Below are positions 12,001 through 23,436 of a stretch of DNA of 58,902 nucleotides, one piece after another. Both the position numbers and the translations under genes were made by a program. The stretch's first letter is position 1. Every line of letters starts with the position of its first letter. This stretch comes from Klebsormidium nitens (taxonomy: Eukaryota > Plantae > Klebsormidiophyceae), in NCBI GenBank assembly GCA_000708835.1, contig DF237495.1, positions 1 to 58,902 on the forward strand, read 5' to 3'. The notes below the pieces were generated by a model, which saw only the letters and a program-made list of their open reading frames with translations, had not been told where the DNA came from and ran no database searches.

Positions 12001-14688
12001 TTTCTGATCGCGCTGTGAGATGGATGGACAAATTGGGATCCAAGAGAATGCAGATCCTTCGGGGCAACGGATTCGCCAGGCGCTTCGAAGTAGGGTGGGA
12101 ATTGCAGAGTTCGAAAAAGAAAACAACCTGGACAACTGATGATTGAGGACCACTGATCCCGGTTCTCCAATCGATCACTGTTTGATCGAGTCTGTTGGTT
12201 AACACAAAAGTTTCTCGTCTTTCTGCAGGGGACTCTGAGTACTCTTTCGCGCGACGTTCATGTGTTTCCACTCTCCTGTCGAACATCCTAACATGGTTCG
12301 ACCACAGAGCGTCTGATCGATTTGAATTGAACACAAGTAACATGCGAGTGTGTCAGCAAAAAAGGGTCGAAACCGGGACCCACTTGATGGATGCAACAAC
12401 GCCCAGCTACTCACCTGACGAGCGAGATGAAAAGCTCCATGATAGCGAGCCGGAAGTCGAAGTCGTAGTTGGTGGTGACTGGGTAGCGTTTCCGCACCAA
12501 AGGGTCGCTCAGCCGGATCACGTGCTTCGCCTCGTCCGCCGTGAACATCTTCTTCACCTGAAGTGGATGAAAAATATAGTGTCAGCTTTGTTGGTTCATG
12601 TTTTCGTTTTTCCTCAAACATGTGTCCAGCCAAAAACACACTCGTTATCAGGGTCGCTCAGCCGAATCACGTGCTTCGCCTCGTCCGCCATGAACATCTT
12701 CTTAACCTAGTGGGGAAAAGCTGTAGCCTCAGCTTTCTTGGCAATTTCTTTCTCCTTCTTGTGACGTTTTCGAGCCAAGATCCTCCTCGAAAGTATGGAG
12801 TCTGCTCCGGTGCACGTGGTTTCACACCCCCGTGCATGCACTTGCGTCTTTTACTTTTACTGTAACTACCCAACGTGGGGCTCAGTCTGTGGCTTGTATG
12901 CCCCACTTAAAGGATCTAGAATCTGCATGGATGTATTGATGCCCTGGGCTCGTAATAATACACTCCTGCAATCCCACTCACACCCCAGTACGGTCCACAG
13001 TCTGCCAAAAGTCCCCACATCAGACCGTCGCTCGTCTGCAGCGTGCTTTGCCAGTCAGGTTCAAACTCCGCGGAGTATAGCACCCCTGCGATCCTTGTCA
13101 CCCCCTTAGCATAGAGACTTTCCCCTTTCTAGAGCTCCCCCACAATTGTGGATTGCTCAGGGCACAGTTTGCCCTAATTACAACCCCGCGATCCCACCAT
13201 GAGCCTGTTCGCACCATCCTCGAAAGTCACCCCATCTCTCCCGTGAGGCTTTCTAACATCAAGTCATCATTCCCTTGAACCGCCTGACAAATCCACATTT
13301 CATAGATTCTATGATTGCCCCTACGAGAGCCTGTTCACACTAACAAGGGCAGTCTCACCTTCTCCTGGAGCTCCCTTATGTCTGGCCACTGTCCCACCCA
13401 TAGCTTGAAGTGCCTAGTGTAGCCTTACAATTGTTTTTTACCCCTGGGCCTTTTCACACTGACGCCGAGGGGCATTCTCACCTTCTCTTGGAGCTCCCTA
13501 ATGTCCGGCCACTGCTCCGGCCACAGCTTGAACTGCCCTACGTGCACCGTCTCCGCCATGCTGAACGGGTACGGCGGTGGCGCTTCCTCTTCCTCCTCCT
13601 CTCGATACACCACCTTCTCATACTCCTGGCCTTCCTCAATCTCAACCTCTTCTTCGTACTCCTCCCATTCAACTTCCTCTTCGTCATTGTCAGAAGCTGC
13701 GGAGATAAGTTGGGGTGGTGTTGGGACGCTGATTTTGAGCGGACGAGTGAGTGTGCCGTCAGCAACGAAGATTGATGGTGGAAAGAAATGTTCAATCACA
13801 ATGGCCGCTTTTGTGTTTGACTTTATCAAGGTGGTCAATTGGACAACAATGACTTCCAAAGCACAAACAGTGTATCAATCCAAAAAAGAATCTGTAAAAT
13901 CAGCACAAGACCTAGTAATGTCAAATAGAGCGCCACACAGAGGAGTCAGGCGGCTTTGTGCCTGCAAACACCAGCACCTTTACCATGAAAAGAATAAATC
14001 GAAAGTTCTTTCTTTGATGAAGCTTAGACACAGGCCCAACCTCACCAAGTGTTCACCAACGATGCTTCTTTACAAGAAAATCTCAAAAAGCTGATGCCTG
14101 TACTGGTCATTGGCTTTGGAGCAATTGCACGACCTCATCATGATGCACCACCTTTTCATCACACCTAATCAAATGGCTCAAACAATTTTATCTAGGTACT
14201 GTAAACATTACACTTCCAATGCCATCAGAAGACAGAAGCATCGAAAAACTTAGCGCACCTTTGACTGGGCCCTTCTCTCCACCTTCTATCAGCCATTTGT
14301 ACTCCAGCTCCCCGCTGTCTGGAATCTCCCACCTCCCAGAAGATGACGCCGTCTCACTTCCGTCCCTCTCATTGCGCCTGTCGGCTGGAATAGACGGCCC
14401 TGAGGCCGCCGCACTTGTCCTGCATCCCCTTCTTCGTTCTGCGTTTTTTTTTTTTGAACCAATGAGAGCAGCAGCGAAAGGAAGAAGGGAACTATTTGCC
14501 CCATGGTGGGATTTGTCAGCTGACGAAAGCTCCACTCTCCTTTGAATTGAAGGTGGTTGCTGCGCAAAGAAGGGCCTGAAGGTGGAGCATGCCATTTCGG
14601 GAGGTGTAAAATAGGGGCATCTGCCTGAAATTTTTGAAAGCGGTGAGAGGAATGGACGCCCTGAAAGAAGCACCTCAGAGGCGGCCAT
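9036..14688 (-). CDS. Hypothetical protein, 8 exons, about 576 aa, with a likely N-terminal organellar (plastid) transit peptide and an acidic linker
   Basis: Exons 14688-14259, 13696-13482, 12557-12415, 11629-11473, 11164-11072, 10668-10625, 10266-10189, 9606-9036. All junctions are GT-AG and all phases match (1731 nt). The N-terminus is S/A/R-rich, followed by DNDEEEVEWEEYEEEVEIEE. No family recognised. Confidence 0.75.
11310..11450. repeat. Degenerate purine-rich minisatellite (about 28-30 bp unit, about 5 copies) in intron 4 of the hypothetical gene
   Basis: Repeated AAGAAAG(A)AGAAGTCATTGCCCA(G/A)AAGG-like units; the two best copies lie at about 11381-11445. Confidence 0.7.
12501..12708. 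repeat. Direct repeat of about 59 bp (12501-12559 and 12650-12708): intronic copy of the start of exon 3
   Basis: AGGGTCGCTCAGCCGGATCACGTGCTTCGCCTCGTCCGCCGTGAACATCTTCTTCACCT versus AGGGTCGCTCAGCCGAATCACGTGCTTCGCCTCGTCCGCCATGAACATCTTCTTAACCT. Confidence 0.9.
13327..13541. repeat. Tandem duplication (about 120 bp period): intronic copy of the end of exon 2 and its donor site
   Basis: TCTCACCTTCTCCTGGAGCTCCCTTATGTCTGGCCACTG (13353-13391) versus TCTCACCTTCTCTTGGAGCTCCCTAATGTCCGGCCACTG (13476-13514). Similarity extends on both flanks. Confidence 0.85.
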
Positions 14689-15090
14689 TTTACATAGGTA
14701 TTATCTTTTACAGTTCAGTGTTGACCACCCTCCTTTTCCCTGTTCCTTTTCGATCTCCAAGACTGAGTCTCGCATCGAACATATCTGGTATCGAACATAA
14801 TACAAAGATAATTGTAAGCTTCTTACGCTTCGACGATCGGTTTTGTTAATTACCTGGAGAGAAGGAAAATGCTTCCCCCTCTCTCGCAAGCGCGGGTGCA
14901 GAGTGGTGCAAAGGGAGGAGGGAGAGTGGCGCACGTGGGACTTGGCGCCAGGCAGGTTGCAGCTAGCTAGGCGCTCTTTGTTGCTGTGATTGATCTTCCA
15001 CCACATAGAGGAGATCGGGTTCCATTTGGAGGAGGAGCATTCTAGGGCAGAGGAAGAAGCAATTTGGTGGAATCAAGACTCTGAGGCAAC
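14689..15090. promoter_or_regulatory. Probable bidirectional promoter between the hypothetical gene and MPP-alpha
   Basis: Divergent ATGs at 14688 (-) and 15091 (+), about 400 bp apart. G-box CACGTG at 14932-14937. Function is inferred from geometry only. Confidence 0.45.
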
Positions 15091-18000
15091 ATGCTCTCCC
15101 AAAGTGTCCGACGCCTCAGGCGGGAGCTGCCTGAGGTCAGTGGTTCCAGCCATGTATATTTCTGAGGATGTGGCCCTCTTTCGCATTCGTCCAGATCTAT
15201 GCATTATATGTCAGTTGTAAAAACCTAGTCCCACTTGCTCTGTGGCAGATAAAAGCAGCTTTTTTCGGAAAGCTAATGCATGAGCAATATTGGTTGGAGG
15301 GGCACTAGCATGACCTTGGCCCTGCCATCCTTTCCAATTGGGGTCTAGTGCTTGAGTCTTTTGTCGGTTGATTGCATGTTTTGCTGAGTTTGCGCCAGGA
15401 ATCTGGTTGATTCCTGTATAGATTTTAGGCTTGAATATAGCCATATGGAACCATTTCCATGTAGACCTTGTTGCATTTGAATATCACTTTATGGTGCGGA
15501 TGTTTTGGTTGGACATGATAAACAGTACATGTAAATTGCTGATAAGGGTCTGGAAGCATCCTTTTGGTTGCTCTGATTGACCGCAAGAAGCACGCCCGGA
15601 AGAAGGAGCTTTAGGGAAATGCAACAATTGGAGGAATGTGGCAGATGGAATGAAAAGGATCGAGTATCTTCTGTTCTTTGCTTATTCAAATTCATTTCAG
15701 CGGGCCGCATTGAATAGATCCATCGGCACCCCGTGCGTTTGTGATGAGGCGAAAACTCCAGTATTGCAGCGCATCAGTGTCGTTGTCAAACGCTGCCACA
15801 TAAAACTTGTGCCTGCTGTTGGGAAAGTTCAGACAAACTTCTGATGTAACATGCACTAGCATTGTCTGGGCGCAGATTGATCAACAAAGGCTGAACTTTC
15901 AGCCTGGGTCTAGACGTGAACACGTTGCAAAGCAGGCAGAGGACCACAGTTATAATTAGGCCAATCCCGCGGCGCATTGCTTCTCAATTGCTCGCCTCCA
16001 CCCGATTGTCTGCAAAACTGCTCTACCACTCTAAAACCATACTATTGCAAATCACATGATCTCATTTCTCTTCCGTCCATGCGTTGAAACTCAATGTCCC
16101 ACCACTCTACAATCTGGTAGCCCAAAAGTATGAATGCTTCTCACCCATCTCCTGCACAGGCTGTGGCCAATGCTCAGCGGGCGATCTCCACAAGCGCGCC
16201 CCTCGAGCAAGCCGCCCCGGCCCTTGCCACGGCCGCCAAGAAGACTGGCGGGTTTTTCTCCAGCTTCTTCGGAGCCTCGTCGCCTGCGCTCCCCCCATTG
16301 GACGAGCCCCTCCCTGGAGTGCCCGAGCCCCCCCCTTTCAACGCCACCGCTGCACCCCCTGGCACTAAGATCACAACGCTGGACAATGGCATGAGGATCG
16401 CCTCGGAGGACATCCCGGTAAGAGCGCCTGACGTTGCTCTTCTTCTGCTAAGAGTATGTTCAATTTCAGTTTCCATGGATACCTCGATTTACCAGCAAGC
16501 TCTCCGAGGCTGGCAAAGGCCGGCAGCTTGGGCTGACTGGCGGTGGATATTTTCAACATCTTGCCCTCTGATTGGCGATTGGCCTGTCTTATCATTTTAG
16601 GTTGCCTCAATCGCAGCCGGCAAAAACCTACAAGACATGGTATGCGACTTGAATTGCATTGAGTCTGTCGCCCAGAAGAGTAAGACTAGTGGAATCTGAC
16701 TGGAACATGGCGCATAGCTTTTCTGTGCCTTTGCATGCATGGTCATCTTGGAAAATTCCTTCTGCTCATTTGACAAGAGCGTTTTTGGCTCTTAACGCAG
16801 GGTGCGGCCAACAGCGTTGGCGTGTACATCGCTTCTGGCAGCGTGTATGAGGACTCGTACAATTCCGGGGTGTCCCACCTGCTCGAGCGCATGGTCTTTA
16901 AGAGCACGATCAACAGGACGCACTTCCGGCTGGTCCGAGAGGTGAGCATCATATCAGAATGCAAGATCTTGGTGCCAAAAGCAAAGATGGAATTCTTGGC
17001 TTCTGGTTGATCTGCTATCAGGGTTTGAGGCTGATCCGACATGCAAAGTATGTGACATTGACAATGCTGTGGACGTCGTATTTCTATCTCGAGCATGGCT
17101 CTTGTAAAGCGAGAGCCGTTCTGAGATACTGACAATGAACCATCTTGACCAGGTTCGTTGTTACTTGAGTTCAGGTCGGCAGTAAGCATAATTTGATTCT
17201 GCTCAAGACACGACTCCTTCTAAATCCTGACGTCATTGTTGCAGCTGGAGGCCATCGGTGGCAACATCGTTGCGGGTGCCCACCGCGAAGTGTTTGTCCT
17301 CGCTGGCGACTCCGTCAAGACGTACCTCCCGGAGGTGGTAGAGATCCTGGCGGACTCGGTGCGCAACCCGCGATTCGCGCCCTGGGAGGTCGCTGAGCAG
17401 GTAAGCTGGATCGTTTAGCTAATGGTCAACCAGCACCCTAAGCACTTGTCCTCCTCTTCTACTCTGATGTTGGTGTCTCTCAAAAGGTCTTGGCTTTGTT
17501 TCATGGTTAGCTCACCGACAGGAACTGTCACCGACCGTCGTTTTTTTTTCCCTCGCCTCTAGTTGGAGAAGTGCATAAGGACGTGCACATGGCCCCGAGC
17601 ACATGTCTTCTTCTTGATTCCCTCGTTTCGTTAACGCCACCAGTTCTCTTTTTTCCCTCGCCCATGACCGGAGAGGGTGCGCGAGGACGTGCACATGGTC
17701 AAACAGCGCCTCGAGCACTCGTCTTCTTCTGAATTCCTTCTCGATTTGAAGCCAACAGTTCTCTTTTCTTCCGCGTCTAGTTGGAGAAGGTGCGTGAGGA
17801 TGTGCACGTGGCCAACCAGCGCCCCGAGCACCTTCTCCTGGAGGCGCTCCACCAAGCCGGCTACCAGGGCTCGCTCGGCCGCCCGCTGCTCGCGCCTGAG
17901 AGCGGCATCTCGCGGCTCACGCCGGATGTCCTGCACCGCTTCGTGGAGGTGAGCAGCACGAGCAGTTTCAGCAAAAGCTGCAGGCCGAAAAGGTTGCCGG

Positions 18001-21000
18001 ATGTTTAGATTGTCCTTGAGTAAGTTCGGAATTGTCTTAACAGTCAACGTAATGGCTGACTCTGACCGCATCTGCTGTCAAGGTCGAAGAGGATACTTAC
18101 GGATTGACAAGTGCTGGATGAATGACTTGTGATACATGAAATCTGCCAAGTACATCGGACGTGCTCGTTACCGCACGAGTCCCCATGCATGCTCACGACA
18201 GGTCTCTCAAAATGTCTTCAAGGCGCCAGGAAAGCAGTAGTGAAGACGAAAAGGATGAATTGGAATCAAGACTGTTCTTCGGATTTCCTGAGGGTTGGGT
18301 GTTTCGTGAATCTCCGAAATTTTGCGGCACAGTCGAGCTGTCTTGTGGCTCACAGTCCCACTGGGTGGTCTCCAATCACCTCCTGTCAGCTGCGCTCGCC
18401 AATCACATTCCATGTGACGCAAGCTTACTCGTTGTGTCTCACCATTACAGTCCCACTGGGTGGCCCCCAACCTGGTCCTGTCCGCCGCGGGCGCCGACCA
18501 CGACGAGCTGCTCGCGGTCGCGGAGCCTCTCTTCGGCGACATGGCCCGTGTAAGCGCCCAGACGCCCCCCCCGTCCAAGTACGTCGGCGGTGATTGGAGG
18601 AGGGCCATTGACTCACCCCTGACCCACGTGGCACTCGCGTTCGAGTTCGAGGGGGGGTGGAGGAACGTCAAGGGCGCGACCGCGCTGAGCGTGCTGCAGG
18701 TGAGTTGGGAGTTCCTTTGCTTGCAGAAAGGGGTGCTTTCTTCTGGTCTGCTGGAACCACGAGCTGGGTGGATTGATTTTGAGTTTGAGGGGGCAAAGAA
18801 CACCAAGGGCGCGAGAGCATCAAGCGTGCTGCAGGTGAGTTTGGGAGCTTTGATGTTTGATGAAAATTCGTTCCAGTCTTCGTGCTTCTTCTTGTCTCCG
18901 GGCCTGATTAGTCGAAGCTGAGCATTACAATCGGCAGCCCGCTTCTGCACCTTAGGGACGGCACCTGAGCAGTCCGTTCAGAGATGGTCCTGATGCGCCG
19001 TTTCTTTTCGCCTGGTTGATCCGAGGTGTCCAGGCATCTTTTAAGGGCTTGACCGGATTGCCCGAATCCATTTTAAAAAAGGCGCTTCGTCCAAACAAAC
19101 CACCGAGCTTATGTATAACCTATCAGTTTGTTTCTCACAGCCCTTGAAAGGTTCGGCCGAGTGAAAGACTCCATGCAATCCTTAACGCTCTTGGGTACAA
19201 TAAGCGAGCTCTTTCTGAACTCCTTTGACCGCGAGTCTTAGTCCTCAGCGGTTCTCCCTTTCGGCTCAGTAACGGCTCAGTCGTTGCTTTGAGAAGCCAG
19301 GGCCAAAGCTGTTTCGTGGTTGGCCAGACGCTTCGTTGGCTAGTTGTCTCTCTCGAATGCGTGAGTTTCTTTCGATGCTCTCTTCTCCGTTAAGATTTGT
19401 CTTCCACCGTTCGCTGTTCTCTTCGATCTGCTTTGACCGTGCGCTCCTCCCTTCTCGTTGTTCTCAGGTGCTGCTGGGCGGAGGCGGGTCGTTCTCTGCC
19501 GGAGGCCCGGGCAAGGGCATGTACTCTCGCCTTTGTAAGTGAAGACATTCCACCCACTTTATAACTGTCGATGCAAGTGGCTTCGGCTTTCTCTTACGCT
19601 TGTGTTGATCATTCTACAGTCTGTCTTCCCTTTCTGTACCTTCCTTGACGCGGTTAGAAAGGGCCTCGAAAAGGCGACGCTCTTGTTTGCATCTATTTTT
19701 TCCGCCGACACCGGCGAACTTAGCCACGCGTGAGTCCAGAATGCGGTCGCTTTCCCCTTACTTTCGTACCGTTGCTATCTTGCAGACACTGGTGTTCTCA
19801 GCCAATACTCCTGGGTGACCTCGGCCACGGCCTTCTCGCACGTCTACAACGACACCGGCATGTTTGGCATCCACATATCAGGGGTGGGTGCCTACAGCTT
19901 TCATACCCGTTTAACAGAAAAGAAACCTAGATAGTCACGCCGTCTTCTTAACGGGGTTGGCGTTAACCCCTCTGCGCTGAGGCTCTTGGTCCCCTCAAGA
20001 TACCGTACAGTTTTGCCATTGTGTGGCATGACCACTGCGGCCCCGGATAGTGCTAGCGTTTGCTGGTCGTCAGGTTTGATGTCGTCATCGCCAGCCTCTT
20101 CAAGTCGCCGTGCTGTTCTCGACGTTGTCGTCTTCCTTGGTGCATCGCTCTCAAGCGGTTACTGGCTGGGAGCCCCGGATCCTTCGTTACACTAAGGAAG
20201 CCAAGTTCTCCGTCAAAGTGATGCCCGTGCGTGACAATCTCTTCTCGAGCCGTGATATCGTTCATGGTTGCTAGATGTGGCGTCGTCGTCTTCTGACCGT
20301 CCCTTGTGTGTTGGCAGGACTCCTACCGTGCGGGCGACCTTGTGAACATCGCCACCGACGCGCTACTGGCCATCCCGGCTGGGAAGTGTAAGGCTCCTAA
20401 CCGCTTACCAGTATGCATCAAGTGGAAGCCCCAAGCGATGTGATGAGAACCAGCAGAATGGTGGGCCGATCGTGAAATCTACCTCGTTTCAACTTGTTCA
20501 CTGTGGTGACCTTCATTTCATTGAAGAGGCAAGTTGATTAAGGTAGGTGTTTGCAAGACGGGTGGTGTTAGTTGGGTGGTTAAGATGGCTTTGGATGCCG
20601 AGCGCATAAAGCTTGAAGTTTGGAATATGCAGTTGCAGACCTGGGTACTCAAATCCTTGGTGAAGTCGTTCTAAGACGAAAGAAGAGGTACCAGTAAAAC
20701 TCGTTCCGTTGATTCAGAGCGTGAAGATGACGAGTGCATCCACAATAACCGACTTTTCAGTTTATCCGGTCTCAAGTGAGTCTGACTAGCTTAAGGGTTT
20801 CCCGTGCAGTTACCCAGACGGAACTAGACAGGGCCAAGAGAGCAACCATCTCGTCCATCCTCATGAACCTTGAGTCCAGGGTGAGTCACATCGGAAACCG
20901 TTCTCAACCCCAAAGTTTCGGTCTGTTTGGGTTTCGTCTCGTGCTGCGCTGTAGCTCCTAAGCAGACTTCGGTTATATTGAACACTCTCGTGTGCAAAGG

Positions 21001-22342
21001 ACTGGGTGCCCCTCTTTCGCTGCTCGTTCTTGCTGATTGAGTATCAGAGGCAAACTTTTACCTGGCCAGAGCAGGCAAGTGTAAAAGCTTCTTCTAGTGC
21101 GGCTTCCGCACTGGCCTGTTTGGGGACCAAGCTCACGTCAGCTTTTGTTGTGCCAGACTGTCGTCAACGAGGATATTGGGAAGCAGATTCTGACGTACGG
21201 CAAGAGGTGAGCTTGGCTTTCCACGTCATTTTGCAGGATAGGATAACCGTTGCATACCCAAACCACTTCAAAGTTGGTCGTTTGTTCTTATGCCCCGGTT
21301 AAATTGACAAGCCGTGGCTTCGCATTTTCCATGGATTCAGAGCATGCATATTAGTCAAGGCTACAGCGGAAAATGTTCTGGGCCTACCCGTGAAACTTGA
21401 GCTCCTCAGAAACATGCTCCGACTGAGTTCAACTCAGGAAGGCTGGTCAATTCAAAGGTTCACCGTAAAAAGCCAGCTTCGAGATTGCTCCAGCTGCTCC
21501 AGCTCTGCTCGTCTTGTCATCCTTGCAGAAATCTGCCACGTGGCCCTGCATGCCGTTGATTTCTGATTCTGGCGCCGTCTAGCATGGTGCATTGGGTCCT
21601 CCTCGCCTCTGCTTCCTGCACTACATAAGCAATCGCCCTGTCTCTGTGAATGCACTCCAGAATAATCCTGGAAGGCAACTGTTGCGAGCAAGCGTGCTTC
21701 TGGGCGGGCATCACGAATTCTTTTGATAAGTTCTTTCGATGCGAGATCAGCGGTTCTTGACGAGAAAAACGCCGATGGCTTTATGCTCCCTTGGTGCCGC
21801 GTGCAGACTGCCTGCGCCGGACTTCCTCAAGGAGATCGAGGCCCTGACCATGAAGGATATCCAAAATCTGGCGACCAAGATGCTCAAGACACCCCCAACT
21901 GTAGCAGCCTGGGGAGACGGTGAGTCGCAAACCTCGTTTGCTCCTACCATTTGGTTGGATCGACTGGCCGTCAGCTGGGTGTTTTCCTAACGCCAACAGA
22001 TTCCGTGTTTTGCCTTGCATTGCGTCTACCAGAGTCTGCGTGAGGGTGCCAGCTCGCTCTGCATATGGTTTCTTCTCAGCAGGCGGAACAGTAAGTCCTG
22101 CTTGCGGAAAAATTCGTCGTGATTGTTAACCCCTGACGTCTGGATTCTCAGTCTTGGGTCATGCACCCGCTCTCTCAGCAAAAGATGAAGGTTTTCGTAC
22201 AATCAAATCAGGAGACCTTAGAACGAGTAGCCAGCGTGCTGGATTTGACGGACCCATTCTGCCGGAATTCTTGACGCGTTCGTTCTTTGCTGCAGTTGTC
22301 CATGTGCCCAGGTTGGACCAAGTTGCCTCTCGCTTTGGATGA
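15091..22342 (+). CDS. MPPA: Mitochondrial processing peptidase alpha subunit (M16 family), 13 exons, about 510 aa
   Basis: Exons 15091-15135, 16160-16417, 16801-16941, 17245-17400, 17781-17948, 18451-18699, 19468-19534, 19786-19883, 20318-20387, 20810-20880, 21157-21206, 21807-21919, 22296-22342 (1533 nt). Motifs: [30 protein letters not shown], the glycine-rich loop [48 protein letters not shown]-terminal presequence-like [11 protein letters not shown]. Confidence 0.95.
17540..17840 (+). repeat. Three degenerate tandem copies (about 100-115 bp period) of the MPP-alpha exon 5 acceptor and exon start
   Basis: Functional copy TCTAG|TTGGAGAAGGTGCGTGAGGATGTGCACGTGGCC..CCCGAGCAC at about 17776. 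Decayed copies start at about 17558 and about 17665. Confidence 0.85.
18345..18850 (+). repeat. Decayed copies of both ends of MPP-alpha exon 6 in the flanking introns
   Basis: CACAG|TCCCACTGGGTGGTCTCCAAT (18351) versus TACAG|TCCCACTGGGTGGCCCCCAAC (18446). GAGTTTGAGGGGG..AAGGGCGCGA..AGCGTGCTGCAG|GTGAGTT (ending 18834) versus the real exon end at 18699. Confidence 0.85.
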
Positions 22343-23436
22343 AGGGACTTATCCTGCATGAACGAACTCATGTGAGGTTTGACATATCCTCTGATTGCAA
22401 GGCATAGAAGACGTAGTCTGAAGCCAACCAAAGAAAGCAGTCGTCTACCAATTGCGCAATGTTGGAGCTTGAGCAAAAGGATCTGGGCTTGCAAGGGAAC
22501 GAGTCTGTCATGCGTTTGCTGTTATTGCGAATCTGCTTACTGTCTGTGCACAACAACAGAAGTACCTAAATGCCTTGGTCTAGAAACGCACAGTTATATC
22601 ACAGAGCCCAGATGCATGACTTACATGCCAAATATGGGTTCCCGTATCACCCTCTTTACCCCTATGAACAGGCTGACTCAACGAGTGGAAACTTTCATGA
22701 TAACAATGGCCTGCACGTCTCAAATATTTGCGTGACTCAAGCCAGTTGAGTGCCCATATGTAAAAATCATGGTGGCGCTCCAATTCGCTCAATGATTCAT
22801 ATGGGCGTGGCTCATGCAAAGTGCATGCAAAACTTACGAATTATGCTGGGTTATGCCACGCGTTTCTGCATGCTCATACGCTGCGCGGCCGCATGCTGAA
22901 CGCTCCTGCAGCATGTAACAATTTTGCGTGGCTACATACAAATGTATCATGCAATGATGATATGCAGAAATCAACGTACTTCATCCATTGGACCTGCCGA
23001 CAACCACAAAACACATGGACCGAGGGGCCTGCCGACGGTGCAGAACATCGCAATGATTTAACTGAGCTGCGACGAGGTGCACCGCAGGTCGCCCGCCTGT
23101 CTATCCCAGTGTTCCCATGCAATTGTGCGGGTCATCATTGATTTCAAAAGCTGCATGTGCGATCACACACTCAGAATAGAGCTCCGGCAGCACTCTTTAG
23201 CGAGTTGCACAACGAGAGAACTGCCCTATGAGAGCGGCTGCAGTCGGATGGTTTGCTGAAATGATAAATCTTTCAAAACAGCCAACACGATCTCCGAGCC
23301 ATCATGATCCCTTTTGTGTGTACGCTTTGCTGATTCCCCCGTTGCGCCGCCCACAAGCTTTGCTATATGAAATCGATCGATGCGGGCTCTTGGAAAACCG
23401 ACCAATTTTCTATGATCACAAGACCTTGTCATCCCC

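Noticed and set aside
11310-18850. Repeat clusters considered as CRISPR-like arrays
   Set aside because: The context is eukaryotic, copies are degenerate and irregularly spaced, and they derive from adjacent exon or intron sequence.
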